A DNA stretch of 64,000 nt from Vicinamibacterales bacterium. GTDB lineage: Bacteria; Acidobacteriota; Vicinamibacteria; Vicinamibacterales; UBA2999. The stretch's first letter is position 1; the number at the start of each line of letters is the position of its first letter. The translations under genes were made by a program, and so were the position numbers. The notes beneath the pieces are model-generated. The model was not told the origin of the DNA. It did not search any database and was given only the letters and a program-made list of their open reading frames with translations. The stretch covers positions 147,436-211,435 of the forward strand of contig JBFWZN010000003.1 of NCBI GenBank assembly GCA_050185275.1, read 5' to 3'. Positions 34,231 through 42,686 of this stretch are shown here, piece after piece.

Positions 34231-34617
34231 ATGACTCCGCCGGTGCCCATCAAACCCGTTGTCGATCGGGCCGCGTTCAGCGTGCAGTTGCTGCACGACA
34301 CGCCCGACGATCGCGGCTGGTGGTGGGGGCGCACGCCGCTCGAACGCCTGGCGGCCATCGAATGCATGCGCCGGGTGGTCTATGGACGCGCCGCTATTAC
34401 CGGACGACTTCAAAGAGTTCTTGAGATTGCTCAACGCGAACGGCGTTGACATTCTGCCCCCATCGACGGCATGGAGTACGAGGCATGTCGCCGGAACGCC
34501 GTGGTCTTCCAGCTGAACGACGTGACACTGCCGGTCATCTCAATCGGAGACCTGAAAACCAACAAGCGCGCCGCTGGAAGGAACAAGGATCTCGCGGATC
34601 TGGATCAGCTGCCGTAG
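34231..34617 (+). pseudogene. decayed locus: small ORF (73 aa) followed by internally deleted/frameshifted nucleotidyltransferase-fold gene
   Basis: ORF 34231-34449 contains WWWGRTPLERLAAIECMRRVVYG...RLQRVLEIAQRE. The next frame reads DFKEFLRLLNANGVD. A third frame reads IDGMEYEACRRNAVVFQLNDVTLPVISIGDLKTNKRAAGRNKDLADLDQLP*, which looks like an NTase C-terminus. The central catalytic part is absent. Confidence 0.5.
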
Positions 34618-34835
34618 TAGACGCCGCCCCGTCCGTCACGTTGATCGTCACCAGACGGGCCCTCAAGGACGCGGAGGGCCACTCTCAGCCTTCCCGCCCT
34701 CAGCCCTTCCGTCCGCCCTCCCTCAGGCCCCCCGCGCCGCTGTAACGCACTCCCCGGTCACCACACATACGGGGTGTTGCCGCCGGCCCACCCCGGACCG
34801 GCGCCCGGATGCGCACACAGGACAAGGAGGACACG

Positions 34836-35717
34836 ATGGATTCCCTGACGAGCTTCTCGCCCCGACAGGTGGCACCTGACACGTTCGTGCTGCCCGCCTT
34901 CACCCCGCTGCCCTTCGGCGGCGTGCTGCCGCTGCACGCATTCCTCATCAAGGGCGCCGAGCCGGTGCTCATCGATACGGGCGCGGGTCCGTTGCGCGAT
35001 GCCTTCGTCCGGCACCTGGAGACGCTGGTAGACCTGCGCGACCTGCGCTACGTGTGGCTCACGCACACCGACCCGGACCACACCGGCGCGCTCGACCTGG
35101 TGCTGCGCGCGGCGCCGCAGGCCCGCGTGGTGGTGGGCATGATGGGCGCGGCCAAGTTCGGGCTCACGGGCGCGGTGCCGGCCGAGCGGCTGCACGTGCT
35201 GGCGCCGGGCGACCGTCTCGACTTGGAGGGGCGCACGCTCACGGCCCTGCGTCCACCCACCTACGATGCGCCGGAGACGATTGCAGCCTTCGACGGCACG
35301 ACGCGGACGTTCTTTGCCGCGGACTCGTTTGCCAGCGTGCTGCAGGCGCCGGCCGAATGGGCCGAGGCCATTGCGCCGACGCAGGTGCGGGAGGGCATGG
35401 TGGGCTGGGCCACGGTGGACACGCCGTGGCTCGGTCAGGTGGATGCCGCCCGCTTCCGCCAGGGGCTCGAGGCCATCCGGCGCCTGCAGCCGGAGCGGAT
35501 CCTGAGCAGTCACCTGCCGCCCGCGGCGGGCATGACCGATGCCCTGCTGGCGCACCTCGCGGCCACCGCGGACGCGCTGGTCGCCGCAGAGACGCGGATG
35601 GCAGAGGACACGCCGATGGCAGAGGAGACGCCGGTGACGGCCGAGGGGCCGATGCCAGCCGAGACGCTGGCGGCTGGGACGCTGCCCGCCGAGATGCCGG
35701 CAGCCGTGGCGGGATGA
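34836..35717 (+). CDS. MBL-fold metallo-hydrolase
   Basis: AAGGAGG RBS before the ATG at 34836. The H-x-H-x-D-H-type motif reads WLTHTDPDHTGAL. The tail is acidic and Pro/Ala-rich. Confidence 0.8.
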   Translation: MDSLTSFSPRQVAPDTFVLPAFTPLPFGGVLPLHAFLIKGAEPVLIDTGAGPLRDAFVRHLETLVDLRDLRYVWLTHTDPDHTGALDLVLRAAPQARVVVGMMGAAKFGLTGAVPAERLHVLAPGDRLDLEGRTLTALRPPTYDAPETIAAFDGTTRTFFAADSFASVLQAPAEWAEAIAPTQVREGMVGWATVDTPWLGQVDAARFRQGLEAIRRLQPERILSSHLPPAAGMTDALLAHLAATADALVAAETRMAEDTPMAEETPVTAEGPMPAETLAAGTLPAEMPAAVAG

Positions 35718-35742
35718 CGCCTCGTTCGGTAGAATCCGCCCC

Positions 35743-36315
35743 GTGTTGGATGCCACGCGTGGTACGACACTCAGCGACGCGGAGCTGGCTGCACGCATTG
35801 CCGGTGCGTCGGCCGGCGAGGCCGGGGCGGAGGAAGAGGAGCTGTGCCGCCGGTTCGGCCGGCGGCTGCACCTCTACGGCCTGCGCCACCTGCGACAGGA
35901 GCACGTGGCCGCGGACCTCGCGCAGCGGGTGCTGCTCGTGATGCTCGAGAAGCTGCGTGCGGGCGAGGTGCGCGACCCGTCACGCATCGGGGCCTTCGCG
36001 TTTGGCGTGGCGCACATGCTGGTGCGCGACGCCCGGCGCGGCGGCCGGCCCACCGAGCCCCTCTCGGACGACGGACGCGAGCTGCCCCCCGAACCGCCCG
36101 TGGAGCCGGATCCGTTCGCGTCCGCGCGTCTGGCCCGCTGCCTGTCCGCCCTCGCCGAGCGTGCGCGGTCCATCGTGCTGCTCACCTACTACGGCGAGCG
36201 CGCCGGGCGGCAGATTGCCGAAGCCTTGGGCATGACCGAAACGCACGTGCGCGTGCTGCGCCATCGCGCGCTGGCGCAGTTGCGCACCTGCATGGAAGCG
36301 GAGGTGGTGTCGTGA
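35743..36315 (+). CDS. ECF-type RNA polymerase sigma-70 family factor
   Basis: Region 2 contains RRLHLYGLRHLRQEHVAADLAQRVLLVMLEKL. Region 4 HTH is AGRQIAEALGMTETHVRVLRHRALAQLR. Confidence 0.85.
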   Translation: MLDATRGTTLSDAELAARIAGASAGEAGAEEEELCRRFGRRLHLYGLRHLRQEHVAADLAQRVLLVMLEKLRAGEVRDPSRIGAFAFGVAHMLVRDARRGGRPTEPLSDDGRELPPEPPVEPDPFASARLARCLSALAERARSIVLLTYYGERAGRQIAEALGMTETHVRVLRHRALAQLRTCMEAEVVS

Positions 36316-36887
36316 CCCCCACGTGCGAGTCGCCCGTCCCGTTCGACACGCTCGTGGACGGCAGCCTGGGCGAGCTGCCCGGCGAGGCGCAGGACCGCTT
36401 CGACGAACACATGCTGTCGTGCGAGTCCTGCCACGCGCGGCTCGAGGCCGTGGTGCGGCTGGGCGCCGACATCGCGCGCGCGGTGTCCACGGGCGCCGTG
36501 TCGGCCTGGGTCACCGAGGATCTCGTCCGGCAGATCGAAGCCGCCGGTCGCCACGTGCGTCACTACCGCCTGCGCCCAGGCGAGACCGTGCCGTGCACCG
36601 TGTCGCCCGACGACGTGTTCGTGGCCACGCACCTCACCGGGCCCTTCCCCGACGACCGCCCCGTGCGCGGCGACATAAACTTCCACGACCTCACCACTGG
36701 CGCGCGGCAGACCTGGCCTGTCGGCGAGCTGCCCATCGACCGCGACACCGGCACCGTGGTGATGCTGAACCCGGGCGCGGTGATGCGCGCCTACCCGCGC
36801 AGCCACATCACCGTCGAACTCCGAACCGACGACGGCAGCCCCATCGGTACCTATCACTTCGACCACACGCCCTGGGAGTCGCGGTAG
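36312..36887 (+). CDS. anti-sigma factor (zf-HC2 type), cytoplasmic
   Basis: GTGA overlap with the sigma factor gene. H-x3-C-x2-C motif is present in FDEHMLSCESCHARL. Confidence 0.7.
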   Translation: MTPTCESPVPFDTLVDGSLGELPGEAQDRFDEHMLSCESCHARLEAVVRLGADIARAVSTGAVSAWVTEDLVRQIEAAGRHVRHYRLRPGETVPCTVSPDDVFVATHLTGPFPDDRPVRGDINFHDLTTGARQTWPVGELPIDRDTGTVVMLNPGAVMRAYPRSHITVELRTDDGSPIGTYHFDHTPWESR

Positions 36888-37071
36888 CCCCGGATCCGCG
36901 CCGCCCGGCCCGACGAGTGTTCCGTCCGGCCTTCCGCACCGTCCGCTGTCCGCCCGCATGTGTCCCGGCCCAGAACGCTGCCCCGGGTTCCGTCAAGACA
37001 CCCCGGCTCGACCGTGGTCAGCCGGGGCGCTTCGAGCCGGATGCGGCGATTAGGGTGCCTATTCGCCGCAA

Positions 37072-37116
37072 CATTCGCGGCAAATACCCGCCATTCGCGG
37101 CGATTGCCGCTATAAT
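37072..37116 (+). promoter_or_regulatory. candidate fic promoter/operator: 2 x CATTCGCGGC direct repeats (20-bp period) plus TATAAT
   Basis: CATTCGCGGC occurs at 37072-37081 and 37092-37101, with a related ATTCGCCGC at 37061-37069. TATAAT at 37111-37116 lies 20 nt upstream of the fic ATG. No good -35 element was found. Confidence 0.3.
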
Positions 37117-37136
37117 CACCGCATTTAGAGCGGTGA

Positions 37137-38243
37137 ATGCCTGATTACATCCACGAGCTACCCGACTGGCCCAGGTTCCGCTGGGACGAGCGCCGCCTGG
37201 CCGCGCCCCTGGCGGCAGCCCGCCACCAGCAGGGGCGCCTGCTTGGCCACATGGAGGCGCTCGGCTTCACGCTGCGGGACGAGGCCGCGCTGCGAGCCCT
37301 CACCGACGATGTCGTGAAGAGCAGCGACATCGAGGGCGAGACGCTGGATGCCGACCAGGTGCGCTCGTCGGTTGCGCGCCGCCTGGGTCTCGACGTCGGC
37401 GGGCTGCCGGCGGCGGACCGGCACGTCGAAGGCGTGGTGGAGATGATGCTCGACGCGACGCAGCGCTGCGACGAGCCGCTGACGGTGGAGCGGCTCTTCG
37501 GCTGGCACGCGTCGCTCTTCCCCACCGGACGCAGCGGCATGCACCGGATCGCGGTGGGCGCGTGGCGAGACGATCGCGCGGCACCGATGCAGGTGGTGTC
37601 TGGTCCCGTGGGGCGCGAACGCGTGCACTTCCAGGCCCCGGCCGCCGAGCGACTCGATGATGAGGTGCGTCAGTTCCTCGCGTGGTTCAACGCGGACACC
37701 ACCATCGAACCCGTGCTCAAGGCTGCGCTCGCGCACCTGTGGTTCGTGACGCTTCATCCCTTCGACGACGGCAACGGCCGCATCGCACGGGCGCTGGGCG
37801 ACATGCTGCTTGCACGGTCGGAAGGCGGCGCGCAGCGGTTCTACAGCATGTCCGCGCAGATCCGCGCGGAGCGCGCCGACTACTACGGCATCCTGGAACG
37901 CACGCAGCAGGGCACGATGGACGTCACGTCGTGGATGGACTGGTTCCTCGGGTGCCTCACCCGTGCCATCCTCGGCGCGCAGGCCGGGCTCTCGGGCGTC
38001 ATCGAGAAGGCCCGCTACTGGGAGCGGCTGCGGGACGTGTCGCTCAACGACCGTCAGCGGCTGGTGATCGGCAGGCTCCTCGACGGCTTCGAGGGCCACC
38101 TCACCACGTCGAAGTGGGCGGCGCTCACGAAGTGCTCGAACGACACGGCGCTGCGCGACATCCAGCAGCTCGTCGAGCGCGGCGTGCTGGTGCGCAACCA
38201 GGCCGGCGGCCGGAGCACCAGCTACGCGCTCACCGCCGGCTGA
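37137..38243 (+). CDS. Fic-family protein (AMPylase-type) with N-terminal inhibitory motif and C-terminal wHTH
   Basis: Active-site motif HPFDDGNGRIARAL matches HxFx(D/E)GNGRxxR. The inhibitory (S/T)xxxE(G/N) motif is present in KSSDIEGE. The N-terminus IHELPDWPRFRWD is typical of DUF4172-Fic proteins. Confidence 0.9.
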   Translation: MPDYIHELPDWPRFRWDERRLAAPLAAARHQQGRLLGHMEALGFTLRDEAALRALTDDVVKSSDIEGETLDADQVRSSVARRLGLDVGGLPAADRHVEGVVEMMLDATQRCDEPLTVERLFGWHASLFPTGRSGMHRIAVGAWRDDRAAPMQVVSGPVGRERVHFQAPAAERLDDEVRQFLAWFNADTTIEPVLKAALAHLWFVTLHPFDDGNGRIARALGDMLLARSEGGAQRFYSMSAQIRAERADYYGILERTQQGTMDVTSWMDWFLGCLTRAILGAQAGLSGVIEKARYWERLRDVSLNDRQRLVIGRLLDGFEGHLTTSKWAALTKCSNDTALRDIQQLVERGVLVRNQAGGRSTSYALTAG

Positions 38244-38277
38244 TGCGGGCGGCGCGCGACGATTCAGCCCCCGAGGT

Positions 38278-38817
38278 TTACGGCTGGCTGGAGATGGCCG
38301 CGTAGCGCGACACGAGATCGCTCTCGCCGAGCGCCTCCTCAAGCAGCCGGAGGAGGTGCGTGATGCGCTGTGTGTCGATATCCCCGCGATGCAGCGTGAA
38401 TAGGGCGCGAGCGTCATCCAGGTCCTTTGTTCGCCCCGCAAGAACCTTGGCGATGATCAGGTCGCTCAATTCGATGAGGGGCACGCGAGTACCCCCGATG
38501 TCGGTCGCGACGGCGCGCTGAAGAAACTCGTCCTCGAGGCCGGATCCGGCAAGGACCACGTCCAGCGGCATGCCGGTTGGCTGGTGAACGAACGGCATCA
38601 CGCGAGTGCGCCTGACGAAGTCTGGATCGTCAACCCGGAGGCGGAAGTCTGCCGTCTCCATGTCGCGTGCGAATTGCGGGGACCCATTCGGATCGAGCGC
38701 CAGCGTCACATCGACGTCCGCGCTCAGCCGGGGGACGCCGTAGACGACCACGGCCTGCGCCCCGAACACGTACCAGCGACCCCACCGGTCTGCGATGGGT
38801 GCAAGCGCCGCAAGCAA
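38278..38817 (-). CDS. nucleotidyltransferase-fold protein (MNT/DUF6036-like)
   Basis: WYVFGAQAVVVYGVPRLSADVDVTL matches a G-x-x-A...R-x-T-x-D-x-D NTase pattern. LSDLIIAKVLAGRTKDLDDARAL is a typical C-terminal helix. A TTG start at 38817 overlaps the upstream stop. Alternatively this is a single gene frameshifted relative to 38819-39073. Confidence 0.6.
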   Translation of the reverse strand: MLAALAPIADRWGRWYVFGAQAVVVYGVPRLSADVDVTLALDPNGSPQFARDMETADFRLRVDDPDFVRRTRVMPFVHQPTGMPLDVVLAGSGLEDEFLQRAVATDIGGTRVPLIELSDLIIAKVLAGRTKDLDDARALFTLHRGDIDTQRITHLLRLLEEALGESDLVSRYAAISSQP

Positions 38818-38818
38818 C

Positions 38819-39073
38819 TCAACCGCGGCGGATGGCACCGGCACGACGGAACCGCTCGGCGAGAGAGACGTGGAATCGCAAGTCGGCCTCGCGAGTCTCC
38901 GCGTCAGGCCAGCCGGGAGCACGCTGAAGCATCTGGTGCCGAAGTGCCTCGGCGACGCGAAGGCCTTCGAGGGCACCGAGACGTCCAATGCGCTCGCCCC
39001 AGTAGCGCTCCTTGCTCTCGCGAGCTGCGCCCCAGTCGCGTGCGACGAACTCACGGATGCCACGCGTGATCAC
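38819..39073 (-). CDS. small upstream partner ORF (84 aa) of the NTase-fold gene
   Basis: Translationally coupled to 38278-38817. It contains DWGAARESKERYWGERI...EADLRFHVSLAERFRRAG. The gene order matches the decayed locus at 34231-34617. Confidence 0.45.
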   Translation of the reverse strand: MITRGIREFVARDWGAARESKERYWGERIGRLGALEGLRVAEALRHQMLQRAPGWPDAETREADLRFHVSLAERFRRAGAIRRG

Positions 39074-39346
39074 GCCGCCATTCTACCGCTGTGGCCGCCT
39101 GCCGCTCGCGCGAGCCCCGAACACCGCGGGGCCCTGCTCTCCCGACAAGCCGTGTGCCCTCGTCGCCGACCCCAAGGTCCGGCCCTCACGCCGCCCGTTT
39201 CTGCACGCTTTCGCACTTGGTAAGTTGTGACAGCAAGAAATTCGCGATTCGTCGCGGATCGTGGCCTACCTCTGGTGTAGCATCGGCCCTTCAATGATTT
39301 CGAGGTCCCTGAGTCCTCGATGTTCCCCAGGTCAGGAGGCCTCCCC

Positions 39347-40393
39347 ATGCGCGCGCGCACTTCCATCAGCACCATCGCCCTGCTGCTGTTTGCCGCCACG
39401 GCGTCAGCTGCTCCCATCGCGCTCTCCTCGACGTTCAACGCCGACTTCTCGGCCGCGCAGAGCCTCTGGGCGGGAGGACCGAACGCGGGCCTCGACGAGT
39501 CTGGCCGCACCGGCGGCAGCGTGGGGCTGTACTACTCCGTGAAGGCGAACACGGGCACCGTGGCGGCCACGCAGAACGCCGCCCTCATGGCCAGCTACCT
39601 CAGTGAGACGGCCGCCGGCTCGCTCACCACCATCGCCCTCGACTTCATGGGCGACCCGAACGGCGGGACGGTGGAGGCGGCCTTCGGCGCGGCAGCGTCC
39701 ACCGGCATGTTCCTCGACATCAACGGATGCGTGGGCGTCGTCGTGCTGGGGTCGTGTGTGGGCGTTCCGTACAACATCGATGTGGACATCCCGGTCATCG
39801 ACGAAGGCTTCTTCCTGGACCCGAGCACTACGCACACACCAGTGATCGACACGCAGCGGACGGCGAACGCCGCGGCGCAGACGTTTGGCGTCGGAAGCCT
39901 GGACGTGGTGATTGGCAACCTCGGGCCCAGCATGAACCTGGACCTGGACCAGAACATCTACTTCACGCCCACGGGCATTTCCGGCACGGCGTCGTACCGC
40001 AACGTGACGTCGGGGGCCACCGGCTCTTCGCTGTTCCTGATTCCCACCGACGCTCCCCGCAACCTGCAGCTGGCGCTGGGTGTGGGCACGTGGGAGATCT
40101 CGTTCCTCGACATCATGTTGCACAACACCTTCCGCAACGACATCAACCTCGAACTGCGGCCCGCGTTCGACTACATCGTGGGCAGCTGGCCGCCGCCCGG
40201 CAACGGCCTGTTCAGTTTCGACCTCATCGATCAGACCTTCGCGCTCGGCTTCAACCAGATCCAGAGCCTCGGCACCATCCGCGTGGATGTCGTGGCCGCG
40301 CCGGCCCCCGTCCCCGAGCCCACCCTGCTGGTGCTGTTCGGATTCGGGCTCGCGGGCGTCGCGGTGAGGCGGCTCCGGCTGCGCGGCCGGTAA
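39347..40393 (+). CDS. PEP-CTERM sorting-domain secreted protein
   Basis: AGGAGG RBS and signal peptide MRARTSISTIALLLFAATASAAP. The C-terminus is PVPEPTLLVLFGFGLAGVAVRRLRLRGR. Confidence 0.8.
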   Translation: MRARTSISTIALLLFAATASAAPIALSSTFNADFSAAQSLWAGGPNAGLDESGRTGGSVGLYYSVKANTGTVAATQNAALMASYLSETAAGSLTTIALDFMGDPNGGTVEAAFGAAASTGMFLDINGCVGVVVLGSCVGVPYNIDVDIPVIDEGFFLDPSTTHTPVIDTQRTANAAAQTFGVGSLDVVIGNLGPSMNLDLDQNIYFTPTGISGTASYRNVTSGATGSSLFLIPTDAPRNLQLALGVGTWEISFLDIMLHNTFRNDINLELRPAFDYIVGSWPPPGNGLFSFDLIDQTFALGFNQIQSLGTIRVDVVAAPAPVPEPTLLVLFGFGLAGVAVRRLRLRGR

Positions 40394-40568
40394 CGATCGT
40401 TCGTGTGGCGGTGGGCGCGGACCGGCCTGGGCCGGCGCGTTCCGCCGACACGCACACCACGCCAGGCGGCACTGCAGCGGGTGGGGGATGGGGCCGATTT
40501 CGCTTCTCGGGGCACCCATGGTAGAAAACCAGCTGTCGAGTTGGACACCCTCAACCGAGGAGCGAGAG

Positions 40569-41621
40569 ATGCGAATGCAGCGCACGCCGGGAAGCCGGCT
40601 CTGGGCAACGGTGGCAACAATGGCGGCGGTGGCGCTGGCCACGAGCGCCGCACAGGCTCAGGTGACGGGGCCGCGGCAGGGCCAGGGCGGCAGCGTCGTG
40701 CAGGGCGCGGCCGGCACGAGCGGGTCCACCGGCGACAGCGGTCTCGAGCACTGCGACCAGCCGATGGGCGCGCTCGCGGTCGTCGAGCCGCAGGACTACG
40801 TGATGCAGGCGCTCTCGCGCTACAACCTGTCGTCGCCCGTGGGGCTCATCCGGATGATGGTGCAGCAGTCCAACTGCTTCATCGTCGTCGAGCGCGGCCA
40901 GGGCATGCAGAACATGATGCAGGAGCGCGCGCTGGCCAATTCGGGCGAGCTGCGCCAGAACTCGAACGTTGGCGGCGGCCAGATGGTGGCGGCCGACTTC
41001 ATCATGACGCCCGCCGTGGTGTTCTCCGAGGGTAATGCCGGTGGCGTGGGCGGCGCGATTGGTGGCCTGCTGCGGCGTCGCGCGCCGGTGGCCGGCGCCA
41101 TTGCCGGCGGCCTGAAGTTCCAGGAGGCGCAGACCAGCATGCTGGTGGCCGACGCCCGGAGCGGCGTGCAGGTGGCCGCGGCGGAAGGCAGCACCAAGAA
41201 CGCCGACCTGCGTATCGGCGGCGCGATCTTCGGCGGCGGCGTGGGCGTCGGCGCCGGCGGCTACGGCAACACCAACGAGGGCAAGATCATCGCGGCCGCG
41301 TTCCTCGACAACTACAACAACATCGTTCAGGTCGTGCGCAACGATCCCAGCCTGCAGCGCAACGTCGGCACTCTCAGCCAGGAGGCCGCGGCTGGTGGCC
41401 AGACGCAGGCCGGCGCCGTATTCTCCGAAGGCGACGTGGTGATGCCCAAGATCGCCAACGTCAAGGTGATGGCCGAGCCATCGGACACCGCAGCCACCGT
41501 GGCCACGCTTGGCCGCGCCGACGAACTGGTGGTGATTGGCGGAGTGATGAACGGCTTCGTCAATGTGCAGGGCGCGAACGGCGCCGGGTGGGTGAAGGTG
41601 GTGCTCGTGTCGCCGCGGTAG
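40569..41621 (+). CDS. CsgG/HfaB-like secreted protein with C-terminal SH3-like domain
   Basis: Signal peptide MRMQRTPGSRLWATVATMAAVALATSAAQAQ. NCFIVVERGQGMQNMMQERALANSGEL...ADFIMTPAVV resembles the CsgG family. The C-terminal GDVVMPKIANVKVMAEPSDTAATVATLGRADELVVIG...GWVKV is SH3_3-like. Confidence 0.55.
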   Translation: MRMQRTPGSRLWATVATMAAVALATSAAQAQVTGPRQGQGGSVVQGAAGTSGSTGDSGLEHCDQPMGALAVVEPQDYVMQALSRYNLSSPVGLIRMMVQQSNCFIVVERGQGMQNMMQERALANSGELRQNSNVGGGQMVAADFIMTPAVVFSEGNAGGVGGAIGGLLRRRAPVAGAIAGGLKFQEAQTSMLVADARSGVQVAAAEGSTKNADLRIGGAIFGGGVGVGAGGYGNTNEGKIIAAAFLDNYNNIVQVVRNDPSLQRNVGTLSQEAAAGGQTQAGAVFSEGDVVMPKIANVKVMAEPSDTAATVATLGRADELVVIGGVMNGFVNVQGANGAGWVKVVLVSPR

Positions 41622-41673
41622 CGTCTCTCGGGACGCAGGCCGCCGCTCGTGGGCGGAAGGCACTGAATGCATG

Positions 41674-41697
41674 ACGGGCCGGCCAATGTGTGCCGGC
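41674..41697 (+). terminator. candidate intrinsic terminator hairpin
   Basis: GGGCCGGC-caatgtgt-GCCGGCCC is followed by GTGCTGTTTGC. It lies 53 nt after the stop at 41621. The U-tract is weak. Confidence 0.35.
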
Positions 41698-41860
41698 CCG
41701 TGCTGTTTGCGGGAGATTGCGATGTTGCGGCCCCTCGGCTTCATGAGGTGAACGATGCAGCTCACGGTGTTTCAGCTTGGGGAACTCATGGCGTCCATCG
41801 CCACGGCGGCGGCGCTGGTCACGGAGTCGTCGCGCCGGAGGACAGGGGCGGAGTGCTACG

Positions 41861-42070
41861 CCGAGCCGCAAGCGGCGCGAGGCGTTCGCGCTGCTCGAGG
41901 CCGCGGGGGTGATCGACCCCGCGCTCTCGGATCGCCTGAAGAAGATGGTGGGGTTTAGCAACGTCGCGCTCCACGACTACCAGAAGCTGAGCCTCGACAT
42001 CGTGCGGCGGATCATCGTCGAGCGTCTCGACGACTTCCTGGTGTTCACCCGCGTCCTGTTGCGGTCCTGA
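41861..42070 (+). pseudogene. HepT/DUF86-type toxin C-terminal remnant
   Basis: REAFALLEAAGVIDPALSDRLKKMVGFSNVALHDYQKLSLDIVRRIIVERLDDF matches the DUF86 C-terminal half. The RxxxxHxY motif reads SNVALHDY, so Arg is replaced by Ser. The N-terminal half is out of frame or missing, and no MntA partner is present. Confidence 0.55.
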
Positions 42071-42367
42071 CTCCGCTGCGTCGGTCGTCGCCGACCGCCC
42101 GCCGCGATGGAGTCGGCACCCGTCGTGCTGGAGCCGCTGCCGAGCCGCTGCCGATGAGCCGGGCCTACCCGAGCGGTCTTGTAACCGCTGCAGCCGACGT
42201 GTAAGCGGCGCGCGCCGTCTCCCCTGCGTGCCGGCCGCATTCGCCCGTTTCCGAAGGAATCCCAGCACTCGCGACCGGCCCGGACCCGGCGCTCCTGGTA
42301 CCCGTGTTGCCCCTCGTGTTCGAGCACGACCGCGCAGGAGCGCGTGGTCAGCAGAACAGGAGCCAAC

Positions 42368-42571
42368 ATGGAGCCGAGAAGACCAGTGGATGAGCCGGTG
42401 GGCCCGCGGGGTCCGCGCGACAGGATGAACCGCCCCGGAGAGCGGGCGCAGCCCGGGGATGTGGTGGGCATTGAAGAGGATGGCAAGGTCACCGAGCTTG
42501 GCGACACCCGCGAGGACGAGGAAGAGCGCCTGCGCGACGCCGAGGAGAAGGCCCGCGACGAGGACCGCTGA
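42368..42571 (+). CDS. small acidic hypothetical protein (67 aa)
   Basis: CAGGAG RBS 6 nt before the ATG. No motif is recognised. Confidence 0.3.
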   Translation: MEPRRPVDEPVGPRGPRDRMNRPGERAQPGDVVGIEEDGKVTELGDTREDEEERLRDAEEKARDEDR

Positions 42572-42686
42572 CGTCATTGCGACAGCGGGGCTGCACCCCC
42601 CGCTGTCGCCTTGGCGGCCTTCCAGCTCCCTCGAGGCGAGTCAACGGGCGCGCGACGCGATACGGCGGCTTCTTGCAGGCCGCCCC

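Noticed and set aside
35730-35745. TAGAAT 8 nt upstream of the ECF sigma GTG as evidence for a leaderless transcript
   Set aside because: There is no convincing -35 element, and the hexamer may occur by chance. The gene may be co-transcribed with the upstream MBL gene, and the evidence is too weak to call.
38818-39063. N-terminal 82 codons of the 261-aa ORF 38278-39063
   Set aside because: This extension is Ser/Ala/Pro-rich with no similarity to NTase proteins. It overlaps, in another frame, the better-looking 84-aa ORF 38819-39073. The NTase-like sequence begins only near 38817.
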